Shown here: piece by piece, positions 21,901 to 33,810 of the stretch
Layout of the letters: each line of letters begins with the position of its first letter
Numbering within the stretch: the stretch's first letter is position 1
Source of the DNA: Sminthopsis crassicaudata
Taxonomy: Eukaryota
Direction of reading: 5' to 3'
NCBI RefSeq assembly: GCF_048593235.1
Contig: NC_133619.1
Span: 18,304,454-18,368,453 of the forward strand
Length of the DNA: 64,000 bases
Notes under the pieces: model-generated
The model's database searches: none
What the model was told of the DNA's origin: nothing
The model's input: the letters and a program-made list of their open reading frames with translations, nothing else
Translations under genes and position numbers: made by a program

Positions 21901-24900
21901 GGGATTCCTGCAGGTGGGGTGGGGTGGGATGAGGGGATCATACAGTCTCCAGGGAAGCCAGAGAAGTTAGGAGGGAGAGATGGGAGGGCAGGGGCGGCTG
22001 GCTGGTGAAGCTGCCCGGAGCTGGCGGTCCTGGGCAGGAGGGCAGTGCCGCCCATTGCAGAACATGTGAAACCATTACCCTCCTTTGCATTCAGATGCAA
22101 TTTGCTTTGATCTGAAAAATTAATGCAGAACTGGGCTTCTCAGTGTGAAAGCGGAGCTTGCTGGGGGAAGCTGAATATGCATGGCGCTTTGTGCACAATG
22201 AAGCCTTGGGAGAAATATTGATTTGGATTTTTAAAATATCAGGAAAATAGCCTCCTGCCTAAATATTGATCAGAGCCTCCGGAGGAGGTTGAGACCCCCG
22301 CCCGCTTTGTTTCACAGCCTGCGGGGAATGAGCCGCCATCATTCTGGGAGCGGGGACATCTGCTGGGGGGTTAATGGCAGAGATGACCACAGCTCCTATG
22401 GAGGCGGCAGGCCCGCGCCAGGCGCTGTGCAAAGGCCGCAGTTCTTGCCGCCTCTGATCTCCACAGCGGGCTCCTGATCGTGCCCTCGGCCAGCTCCAGC
22501 TGGAAGGCAGGCCCCGTGGCTGCCCTTCCCTGGCGGGACGGCGAGCCTGGACGTGGCCCCTCGGCTTTTCCTGGCCAGCAATGGCGGGCCTGTCTCATCC
22601 AGTGCAGAGGCGGGACCCTGGGCAGCCTTCCCGGGTGACACTGATACCTTGCTTTGCTTCCTGGGGCTGATCCGTTTTGTTCTTCTCCTGAGCCGACTGG
22701 AAATCAAGCCGTGAAGCTGTGGTGACGTTAATTTGCCCCTAGTTCCTTTACGGGACTCAATGGGTCAATAGTTTTCAAGTGACGGCGGTGAAACTGGCCC
22801 GGTGCTGGGCGGTGGCCGTGAGAGAGATTACGTGAGAGAGGTGGGACCCGGTGGGGCGCTCACCCGGGCCTCTCATCTGCTCTTGCCGCCCACCCCGACG
22901 GCCGCCCCTCACTTTACGGAGGAGAAAAACTGGGGCTGAGGCGGCCGAGGTCCCCGCCACGCAGCCGGCCCTAGTGGGCATGGGAGGAGCCAGGATTGGG
23001 GATCCACGGGGCCTGGAGGAGCGGGGAGTTTAGGGAAGACGCAGCTGCATGGTGGCCCCTCGGGCCCAGGGGACGGGGCACCCCAACTTGATCAGCCTCA
23101 GTGGTCTCGCATGGAGAATGGGAATAGTCACAGCCCTCCCCTCCCAGGGTGATCGTGAGGATCAGGTGGGTACTATTTATAGAGCACAGCATGGATGCTG
23201 CTTATACGATTAGCAGCGCCATTGCCGGCTTGCCAGCCACCAAGAAAGTGCTCGGCCACTTTGGGGTTCAGGGAGTGAGGTTCTCACAGCAGGGGAGGCC
23301 TGCGGTGGGAAAGGGTCAAAGTGACACCCGGGAGGTTGCGGTGCCCCTGGAGGGCCAGCTGCACGGGGGCTCGGATTGGGGCACGGAGGGCAGGGACGGG
23401 GTACACGGGCCGGGGAGCAGCACCCAGGCCAGAGGTGCGGCACTTTTCAGGCTGGACACCCCAGCACTAAACGACAGAAAGCAGATCCCGTGGAGGGACT
23501 TTTTGGGGGTGAGATGTTGGGATTTCTCAGGGGGTGATGGGCCTTGTGACTGCAGAGACGCTGGAGACTCATTGCGTAGGGAGCACTTTAGAAGTAATGC
23601 GGCTGCAGGGCGGCTGTGCCCATGCGGATGGCGGAGGAAGCGCGTGCTTAGGGGGCCTTGCCGGTGTGGACAGCAGACAGGACACGGCCTCCGGGCCTGC
23701 GGCCTGTGACTGTCGCCTCTGCCGGCCGCGGGTGTCTGACCGTGTCAGGGGCACTCAGGACTTCCCAAAGCTCTCCTTGGGAGGGGAAGCTGAGAGCCCT
23801 CCGCCTCTGCTGGTTTCTCACTCATGCCCGGGGCACTGGCCAAGGCGTGGCGGGCAGGGGGAGAGCCCTGGAAGCAGGGCTCTGCTGTGGGAGGGGCCTG
23901 ACGGCCAGTCCCTCTGAGGGTTGGACACTAGAAGGTCCCCGTTGGCCGAGACGGAGGGCTGGTCTTCAGCTCCGTGCAGATGAGACCGCCTCAGCGGCTG
24001 GCTCTGCGGGTGGAGAATGGGCTGAAGCAGTGGCGCTTGTCGGGCCCAGCTGAGCAGATTCCAGGATCCTGGCCAGCAAGCCTTCCCTGGAAGGGCTCTC
24101 CTTGCTCTCAGAGGCGGGGGCCCAGTGGCCAGAGCGCCGGCCTCGGAGTCCGGACTGGAGTGTGACGGACCTCCAGTCCTTGGCGGCTGCGTGACTTCTC
24201 TTAAACTCAGTTTCCCCATCTGAAAAGTGAGGATATTAACTGTTTCAAGGTTGTCACAAAGGTCTAATAAGATTTTTATACAGAGATATACCTTTAGACA
24301 GATTTATTTACAAGTCTTTCAGCACTCTCTGTATGTCTACACGTAGTCCTTGTTGTTGTTGCCGCCGCTGGGATTTGAACGAGTTCCTTTGCCATCCGGG
24401 GCATCATTCTGCCTTGGACAGAGACCTCGTGGCAGCATGTTTCAGACTGAATCGATGGATCGGGGTTGTGGGACTGAGGGAAGGTATTCTGCGATAGTCG
24501 GATTGCTGCTTTTTAGGCAAAATAGAATTTGGTTCATTCCTATTCAGTCGGCTTTCAGTCTGATCATCCTGAGAATGAAACACTTGGAGAAAGAAATCTT
24601 CCACTTACTTGACCTTTAAATGAGAAAATATACTCAGAAAATGAAACCATCAGGAGACGAGGACTGGTCCGCTTGTCACCCAGTCACGGCGTGACCTTAC
24701 ATCTCTGTGGTCCAATTTTCCCACCTATAAACTGAAGATAATTCTCCTCAGCAGGACCTTGAGGATTAAAGGCAGAAATTCTGAGTTCCCGGACTGGAAG
24801 CTACTTTATAATTTCATTTGAAAGTACTATGATTAGAATAGTTCTTATTAAACTCACCCCCAACAAAGAAAAATTTTAATGAAATTTCTCCCCAAAGGGG

Positions 24901-25242
24901 AGAGCTACATGAAGTATGCGAAAAGCTCTACCAATTTTGAGCTAAAATAATAAGCCGTAATAAAATGCCTTTTTTCATTTTTCAGCTTTTTCCTTGATAT
25001 TTTGCTCATCCGTAGCTTTTATTAGGTTGTTTGTGAGCAGTTGGCGGACATGTGGTGAAGTCACACCTCATTAATTGAATATAAATTTTTCTTGTTGTTT
25101 TGGTGTCTCCTTCTTTGCAGTGATTTTATATCCAGAAAACTATTAGTTTGTTAAAAAGTTAGTCTTCTCTCAAGGTTTGCTGTCTTCCTACCTGTGGGAT
25201 GTGTATAGATATGCATTACATAAGCAGAGCTATATAGATGTT

Positions 25243-25386
25243 CTTTTTTCCCCCCTGAGGCTGGGGTTCAGGGACTTGCCCAGGGTCACACAGCCAGGAA
25301 GTGTTAAGGGTCTGAGACCAGATTTGAACTCGGGTCCTCCTGAATCCAGGGCTGGTGCTCTGTCCACTGTACCACCCAGCTGTCCC
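25243..25386 (-). mobile_element. WSINE1-type SINE
   Basis: Same consensus, with the near-TSD T(A/G)TAGATGTT on both sides. Confidence 0.92.
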
Positions 25387-26040
25387 TGTAGATGTTAAAA
25401 TGACTTCAGATGTTCTTTGATTTTTCCCAGCATGCCAAGACATTGCCTATCTTGAATTGTATTCTTTTAAAGGAATGATGGTTTTTGTTCATTTTTAAAT
25501 AAAGCACACTTACTAAAAATGATTTCAATGAGAGAATTCTGTATTCAGTGTGAATCCTGACTCTGTCACTCATTTCTTGGGTGACCTTGAGCACGACCCT
25601 TGAATTCTCTGGAAATCCGTTTTCTCATTTGTAAAATGAGGAGGTTGGCTGAGTTAGCCTCTGAGACTTCTAGGTGCAAGTCTACAGTGCTACCATGACC
25701 TTTAACCTAAGCTGAATTCTGCTTTAAAATATAACAACCTCCCTGAATTGCTGGAGAAAGGAAGTGGATAAATTAAGCGTTCTGGTTAGGTGAGAATTAA
25801 GATGACTCGATCGGGATCCATTTCTTGCTGGTCCCTGCAATGGGGACACTTTCTCCCTCGCTGTGACTGTGATGACAGATAGCCCGTAACCCCGCCTTGC
25901 CTTTTGGTCCTATGGGACGGCTGTTTTCTGTTATCTGGCTCTCCCACGAGTCCTCCCCGCACAGTGGGTACCGGTATCGTGACATTGCACGGACACCAGC
26001 AAAGCACATAATTCCATGAGTTATCTCGGGCTCTCTATAA

Positions 26041-26138
26041 GTGGCTGGCCCATAAATATCCTAAATGGAAGCGCTCAACAGACACTTCTGGGTCAGCTGC
26101 CCTGGTCAATCCATTTAGGATAGTTATGGGCCAGTCAT
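26041..26138. repeat. Inverted repeat: 29-bp arms with a 40-nt spacer
   Basis: GTGGCTGGCCCATAAATATCCTAAATGGA (26041-26069) pairs with TCCATTTAGGATAGTTATGGGCCAGTCAT (26110-26138). Confidence 0.93.
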
Positions 26139-26529
26139 TTGGGTCCTTGTGGCTGCGGGGCATTTCTGGAGTTATAGACCAGCCCATCCACGTAAGAGCA
26201 GCTTAAGAGCATTGATGCAGAATCCTGCTCTTAGCCTACACTAGACACCTTTTTTTTTTTTTTTTTTTTAATGGAAAAACAATCCATCACTTGGTGAACA
26301 ATTGTTCTTTGGCCAAGTTTGGTTTCCTAACTTCACTGGGCTGGTCTTTGCATAAAGATGGGGCCCAGGCTTGGGAACTTGGCCAGCTTGGCAGACCCTT
26401 ATGTGCTACAGCCCAACCATGGAGAAGGCAAGGTGGCTTTCCTGCCTCAATGAGGCATCAGGACATCGGGGGGATTTTCTATATAGCCATCTGTCTAAAA
26501 CAGTCTCTCTGCACACATACATGCGCACA

Positions 26530-26835
26530 CAGATCTATCCATCTACTATCTACTTATTCATCTATCCAGACATCCCTCTATCTATCATTTATCATCTCTC
26601 TCTCTCTGTTCCCTTATTTATTCATCTATCTGTCCATCCATCTATCTATCTACTGGCCTATCTTATTCATCTGTCTATCCATCCATCCATCATTCATCAT
26701 TTGCCTACCTTGCTATTCCTTTATCTGATTATCTTTTCATCTGTCTACTTACCTTCCTACCTATTCATCTGATTGTCCATCCATCCATCATTTATGTATC
26801 TAGGTATCTATCTTTTGTATTTCTACGTACTTATC
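26530..26835. repeat. Degenerate (TATC/CATC)n simple repeat
   Basis: ATCTATCCATCTACTATCTAC...CATCCATCCATC. Confidence 0.85.
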
Positions 26836-27576
26836 TCTAGATCGTCATACTGAGACTAATCCAACCTTACATGCAGTAACCTTTGAACTCTGTATAGTTT
26901 TTTCGGTTCTAGATAAGTAAAGTTGAATTCTTTTTAGTTTCGGAGTCCTTAAAATATATATTATTTGTGTAATTTTTTTGATTTTCCTTATCCATCATTT
27001 CCTTGCTTGAGAGCAGATTTGTTTTCTTTCCAAGTTCTTTGCCTTTGACCTTCCCAATATTTAGCATATAATAGGCACTGAATAAAATGTATGTTGGTTG
27101 ATTATTTATCCACTTATCAGATTCTTGTCAATAGAAAATGCTTTACAAACATAGGTGGTGTTTATAGTGATTGAGGACACTGGGCAAATGCCCTCTGCCC
27201 TTGTTGCATTAAAAAAGTGACACTGTGGTAGTTGAGTGAATGGCACAACAGACGGAAAATCCAGTTTCCAAATCCGTTTGTCTTCCCTTGGGTGAGTGGG
27301 ATCCCTTGCACTTCCTCCTTCCTCCAGCGTAGTGCAGGGCAAAGAAAGAAATGAAAGCAAGGATTTCATGTATGCGTCTCTCAGAATAGCTGCAGCCACT
27401 TGCAAATTGAGGCCTGAATCTGTGGGTGAGGGAAAGTGGCCCCTCAGAGGGAATCCCTCCCCTGCTCTCAGACAGCCGCTGGGCAGGAGCCGGAGGGGCC
27501 CTTGGGGGATGAGGCTCACCAGATGGGGGGATTGTTTTTTTCTAGGAAGGTTGGGCTTCTTGGAAGAGAGATTCTT

Positions 27577-27715
27577 GGGGCAGCTAGGGGGCGCAGTGGA
27601 GAGAGCGCCAGCCCTGAAGTCAGGCGGACCCGAGTTCAAATCTGGTCTCAGACACTTAACACTCCCTAGCTGTGTGACCCTGGGCAAGTCACTTAACCCC
27701 AGCCTCAGGGAAAAA
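27577..27715 (+). mobile_element. WSINE1-type SINE
   Basis: GGGGCAGCTAGGGGGCGCAGTGGAGAGAGCGCCAGCCCTGAAGTCAGG...CCCCAGCCTCAGGGAAAAA. Confidence 0.93.
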
Positions 27716-27889
27716 TTAGGAAGAGCGACTTTTGCTTGGAGAAGTGTTTTGTCTCAGAGACAGGTGGGCGCTTCGTCAAGGAGGAAGTGTCATTGGCCAA
27801 CAGCCCTGGTGTTTCTTGGGTCTTGATCATGTGGGGTGAGTAAGGCTGAGAGGAAGAGCAATAAGGTCCTTGCCATGAAGGAGCTTGTG

Positions 27890-28078
27890 ATGCAAGAGGA
27901 AAGATGGGGATTGTATTTAATGTATACTTCAGTATATTTAACATGTATTGGTTCACCTGCCATCTGGGGGGGGGGGGAGGAAGGGAAAATTAGAACAAAA
28001 GGTTTGGCAATTGTCAATGCTGGAGAATTACCCATGTAGATATCTGGTAAATACAAACTATTAAAAATAAATAAAAGA
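27890..28078 (+). mobile_element. 5'-truncated L1 3' end
   Basis: GGGAAAATTAGAACAAAAGGTTTGGCAATTGTCAATGCTGGAGAATTACCCATG...AAAAATAAATAAAA. Confidence 0.75.
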
Positions 28079-28884
28079 GGAAAGATGGTGTCCTGTGCAC
28101 ACGGCAGGTCCGGTCCAAGGGCCGTTGTCAGTATGGCAGCCCTTGTCTCTGGGACTGGGCTTTGGTGGTTTGCCTCTACAAGCCCGCTGTGCTTCCCGTA
28201 GATCTGAGGTCTGCTGTGATTCAGGTAACAGAGGTGGAAACTGAGGCCCAGAGAATGGGGGGCTCCCCTGCAGCAGAGGCAGGATTTGAATCCAGATCCC
28301 CCCTCCTGAGCCGGTCCTCCCCGCTTTGTACGGGCACAGGATCCGGGCTGGCCAGCACACCCGTCTCTGCCTGGGAGCCCTCCCTTCCCTCTCCCCACCT
28401 CTGCCCTTGGTCCTGGGGTCCTGGAGGGGTGGCTCAAGCTTCCTGGGGCAGCTGCGGGAGGTGAGGAAAGAATAGAGGGGGGGGCTTTGTGCTCCGGGAC
28501 AAGAAGGGAAGTCTGGGCGCCGGGATCGGCCTGGAAAGCCTCACTGCGGAGCTGCAGGGATGGCGCAGTCAGTGACAGCCTCACACAGGTGCTGCCGGTT
28601 CTGGTCCGGCCCGAGAGGCTGCTTGGAAGGAGGGCAGTGCTGCTGCCCATGGGGTCTGCTCCACTTAGGAAACGTCCAGTCCTTAAAGGGAGAGCCGAGG
28701 AGCCGCGCTGCGGACCTCTCATGGGGGCGACGGGGGCCTGCCCTGCTTGGGCTCAAGGGGGTCTTGTTTGGGTTTGGGGGTTCAAACTTTGAGGGGCTTC
28801 TGCAGGGCTTGCCCAGTGACATTGTGGGGACGGACCTAATGGCGAAAAATGCAGGACAATAAGGGTTGCTCCCTGCACTATAAA

Positions 28885-29418
28885 NNNNNNNNNNNNNNNN
28901 NNNNNNNNNNNNNNNNNNNNNNNNNNNNNNNNNNNNNNNNNNNNNNNNNNNNNNNNNNNNNNNNNNNNNNNNNNNNNNNNNNNNNNNNNNNNNNNNNNNN
29001 NNNNNNNNNNNNNNNNNNNNNNNNNNNNNNNNNNNNNNNNNNNNNNNNNNNNNNNNNNNNNNNNNNNNNNNNNNNNNNNNNNNNNNNNNNNNNNNNNNNN
29101 NNNNNNNNNNNNNNNNNNNNNNNNNNNNNNNNNNNNNNNNNNNNNNNNNNNNNNNNNNNNNNNNNNNNNNNNNNNNNNNNNNNNNNNNNNNNNNNNNNNN
29201 NNNNNNNNNNNNNNNNNNNNNNNNNNNNNNNNNNNNNNNNNNNNNNNNNNNNNNNNNNNNNNNNNNNNNNNNNNNNNNNNNNNNNNNNNNNNNNNNNNNN
29301 NNNNNNNNNNNNNNNNNNNNNNNNNNNNNNNNNNNNNNNNNNNNNNNNNNNNNNNNNNNNNNNNNNNNNNNNNNNNNNNNNNNNNNNNNNNNNNNNNNNN
29401 NNNNNNNNNNNNNNNNNN
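28885..29418. other. Assembly gap
   Basis: N run. Confidence 1.
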
Positions 29419-29532
29419 CTTCTTAACTTCCTTCCTCCCTCCCTCCATCCCTTCCTCCCTCTCTCCCTCCCTCCCTTCCTTCCTCCCTTCCTCCCTTCCT
29501 TCTTTCCTTCCTCCCTTCCTTTTTAACTTCCT
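29419..29532. repeat. (CCTT/CCCT)n polypyrimidine repeat between two gaps
   Basis: CTTCCTTCCTCCCTCCCTCC... Confidence 0.9.
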
Positions 29533-29756
29533 NNNNNNNNNNNNNNNNNNNNNNNNNNNNNNNNNNNNNNNNNNNNNNNNNNNNNNNNNNNNNNNNNNNN
29601 NNNNNNNNNNNNNNNNNNNNNNNNNNNNNNNNNNNNNNNNNNNNNNNNNNNNNNNNNNNNNNNNNNNNNNNNNNNNNNNNNNNNNNNNNNNNNNNNNNNN
29701 NNNNNNNNNNNNNNNNNNNNNNNNNNNNNNNNNNNNNNNNNNNNNNNNNNNNNNNN
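29533..29756. other. Assembly gap
   Basis: N run. Confidence 1.
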
Positions 29757-30339
29757 TGCTGGTTGTTTCTTTGTGTGCCCTCCTCAGTGACCAAAGGAAC
29801 CACTTCCACCAGGGGTCTCCTCCCTACCCCTCTGCTCTCCTGGGAATGTGGTAGATGCTTAATAAGCACACGTGGCTTCACTGCTTTGTCCATTGTCCTG
29901 GCCAGAGGCGTTATGCGGAGACTCGGATGCCCTCGCGTGTTCCTCCTCCTTTCCATCAGGGTTGTCCTTGTGCATCCCTTCCTACGAGACTTCTGGGTTT
30001 CCCCCGAAGGCCATTCTTTCTTCCTGCACCCCTTGATCGATGAGCACCCACTTTTTTTACTGTCAGAAAAAGCGCTGCTCTGAATCTTGTTTGGGACTTT
30101 TGTCTTTGACCTCCTTGTCTCCAAGAATTTTCAAGGCAGGGCTGACGTGCATAATCTCAGCGGGTGAGGTGATGCTGCTGGTGCTAATGAGAGGGGTGTT
30201 TAATGAAGCAGAAAGACTTTTTCCGGAGTCATCAGGATGGCCAACAGCGGCCTGAAGTCTGACACCTGCGTTTGTTACCAGGCAGGAGAGCCTCCCTGCC
30301 TCAGCCCCTCACAGGGCAGCAAGTTTCAGCTCTCACCAA

Positions 30340-30846
30340 GTCCCCTGAAAGCTGTCCGTCCGAATGTCCCCTGAAAGATATCTGTCCGAATGTCTCCTGA
30401 AAGATGTCCATCCGAATGTCCCCTGAAAGCTGTCCGTCCGAATGTCCCCTGAAAGATGTCCGTCCGAATGTCCCCTGAAAGATGTCCATCCGAATGTCCC
30501 CTGAAAGCTGTCCGTCCGAATGTCCCCTGAAAGATGTCCGTCCGAATGTCCCCTGAAAGATGTCCATCCGAATGTCCCCTGAAAGATGTCCGTCCGAATG
30601 TCCCCTGAAAGATGTCCATCCAAATGTCCCCTGAAAGCTGTCCGTCCGAATGTCCCCTGAAAGATGTCCATCCAAATGTCCCCTGAAAGCTGTCCGTCCG
30701 AATGTCCCCTGAAAGCTGTCCATCTGAATGTCCCCTGAAAGCTGTCCGTCCGAATGTCCCCTGAAAGATATCTGTCCGAATGTCCCCTGAAAGATGTCTG
30801 TCCGAATGTCCCCTGAAAGATGTCTGTCCGAATGTCCCTTAGAAAG
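30340..30846. repeat. 26-bp minisatellite, about 19 copies
   Basis: Unit TCC(G/A)TCCGAATGTCCCCTGAAAG(A/C)TG. The ORF track shows a 26-aa period (3 x 26 nt). Confidence 0.98.
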
Positions 30847-32734
30847 TCAGGGGATCTCCCTCTTCCTTCAGCTTTGGGACAGTAGGAATGAGCCGCTCCG
30901 GGGCTGGCATCTTCGGAGGCTTGACTGTGTGGGGGGGCTCTATGTATGACAGGGCAAAGGGGAGATGTTTGACCAGTGTGGACTTTAGATAACTGTCCTG
31001 CCCTAGAATAGTGGGGCTGGTCACGGGATATTGGAAGCCAGGAATTAGGCTACAGCGTCCTTTGTGGAAACGTTACTTCTCTGGCAAAAATCAAGTTTAA
31101 CTTGGCTGATTTAACCTTCTTCAGTCCCACCCCCTCCAAGCCCAAGGTCCGGCTGTACAACTGCCGGGATCACTTCAGGGGTGGCCGGCGTGAGGTGAAG
31201 AGGAGAAGCGGGAGTTTGTCAGAGATGACTGAAGACAAGGAAGACTCAGGACGAGGAGGAAGAAAAAAATTACTTCTGTGAACGGTGGGGAGGGGGAAGG
31301 GCATTCCAGGCCCAAGGGACGGAGCCATGAAGATGGGGAGAACGCTTGGGAAATGATGGTGAACATTAGGGAAACAAGAGTGACATGGGAAAGGGAGAAT
31401 GTCAGTTCATTGGTGAGGCCTGGGACAGAAAGCCGGGCCACACAAAGCAAGGGGCGAGCAGGCGGGGGGGGGGGGGGGGGAAGGCAAGCAAACTGAATAG
31501 AGTGGGGGGAGGTGATGCGGCTGCTTGGAAAGGGGGCCCACGCAGCCTGGCCGAGCCGCCGAAATCCATTGTGTCTCCATCACGTCGGCTCATGGAATGA
31601 TGTTTGGAGAAGAGTGTTTGGGCAGCTGTGTGCGGGGGATGGAGGCCGGGAGGCCTCGGACAGCCGGGCCGTGCTCGCTTGGGCCTGTTCCACCTCCGTC
31701 CCCAGGAGCCCTCTGCGGGCCGGGCCTGGGCCGGGTGTCGCCCCCACAGGGGCGCCGGCGGGCCGCGACCCAAGCCCCCAGTCCCCCATCCTTCTACTTC
31801 TCAAATGTCAGGGTCGCTTGGGCGGAAACAGAGCAAAGCAAGGACAGAAAACACATCTGAGCCCGTGTGTGCTGCCCCTCTCCCTCTCACGTGTTATGGC
31901 ACGTTTCGTCTGAAGGACTGATTACTTTTAAAGACAGAAAATTCTTGCTCCTCCCTTGGACGAGATGGGCCAGGCCGGGCTGGAGTCCCGAGGAGGCGGC
32001 CGGGGCGGAGCAGCCCTCCTGCCCTTCGCCACTTCTTGGCGTTGCTCTCCTGGTGTGTTCCCTCCGTGCCCTCACCGCTTCCCGGATCTGTCACGCCTGA
32101 TGGAGTATTTGCATTTTAATGGGAATCTGAACCTCAGCTCTGGCTTCCTGAGATAGCTCCTGTTCTCTCTCCGGGAGGCTGGAGGTCACCTAAAAGTGAT
32201 CGGACTCCTCCGTCCTGGGGGTGACAGGGAGGGGGCAGCGCCGAGAAGCTTAGAAGGAAGAAGCAGCAGGTTTACAAGCGGGCCTCGCCAGCCCCCGGAC
32301 GGCGGCGGTTATTGGGGGAGGATCAGGCCCCCTCATGGGGTGACAGCTAAAATTAAGATGGGGCTGGGTTGCGGGCTTATCTTTGGGGTCTAGCTCTAGT
32401 TGTTTATCTGAGGATGGAGAAACTGAGGGACCCTGAAGTTCTGAGTCTCCCCCCCCTTTTTGGGTGTCATCACTACCCCATCCACTGCCCCTCATACTTC
32501 TCCCCAGAAAAAAAGCCCTCCCTCACAATAAACAAGACAGCAAAACTACCCCGTGGCTGTGTTTGAAATGGCATTTACCCCTGCCGTCCGTGACCTCCCT
32601 GCCAAGATGGGGAGCACGTGTCCCCTTATCGGAAGTCTCATCCGGCTGGTGGGAAAGCAGCCGCGTCTCAGTGGGGACCCTCCCACCGGAGACCGATTCC
32701 GAGGGTTTGGGGAGCAGGGCCAGAGCCACTCAAG

Positions 32735-33810
32735 ACAGGGCAGGAAACCCAGAATGGGGGCTTGGATCTCTTGGCCAGAACCTCCCAGGACAGGGCCAGG
32801 AAACCCAGAATGGGGGCTTGGATCTCTTGGCCAGAACCTCCCAGGACAGGGCAGGAAACCCAGAATGGGGGCTTGGATCTCTTGGCCAGAACCTCCCAGG
32901 ACAGGGCAGGAAACCCAGAACGGGGGCTTGGATCTCTTGGCCAGAACCTCCAGGACAGGGCAGGAAATCCAGAATGGGGGCTTGGATCTCTTGGCCAGAA
33001 CCTCCAGGACAGGGCAGGAAACCCAGAATGGGGGCTTGGATCTCTTGGCCAGAACCTCCCAGGACGGGGCCAGGAAACCCAGAATGGGGGCTTGGATCTC
33101 TTGGCCAGAACCTCCAGGACAGGGCAGGAAATCCAGAATGGGGGCTTGGATCTCTTGGCCAGAACCTCCCAGGACAGGGCAGGAAACCCAGAATGGGGGC
33201 TTGGATCTCTTGGCCAGAACCTCCAGGACAGGGCAGGAAACCCAGAATGGGGGCTTGGATCTCTTGGCCAGAACCTCCCAGGACAGGGCAGGAAACCCAG
33301 AATGGGGGCTTGGATCTCTTGGCCAGAACCTCCAGGACAGGGCAGGAAATCCAGAATGGGGGCTTGGATCTCTTGGCCAGAACCTCCCAGGACAGGGCAG
33401 GAAACCCAGAATGGGGGCTTGGATCTCTTGGCCAGAACCTCCCAGGACAGGGCAGGAAACCCGGAATGGGGGCTTGGATCTCTTGGCCAGAACCTCCAGG
33501 ACAGGGCAGGAAATCCAGAATGGGGGCTTGGATCTCTTGGCCAGAACCTCCAGGACAGGGCAGGAAACCCAGAATGGGGGCTTGGATCTCTTGGCCAGAA
33601 CCTCCCAGGACAGGGCAGGAAACCCGGAATGGGGGCTTGGATCTCTTGGCCAGAACCTCCAGGACAGGGCAGGAAATCCAGAATGGGGGCTTGGATCTCT
33701 TGGCCAGAACCTCCCAGGACGGGGCCAGGAAACCCAGAATGGGAGCTTGGATCTCTTGGCCAGAACCTCCAGGACAGGGCCAGGAAACCCAGAACGGGGG
33801 CTTAGATCTC
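32735..33810. repeat. 54-56-bp minisatellite, about 20 copies
   Basis: Unit ACAGGGCAGGAAA(C/T)CCAGAATGGGGGCTTGGATCTCTTGGCCAGAACCTC(C)CAGG. Confidence 0.98.
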
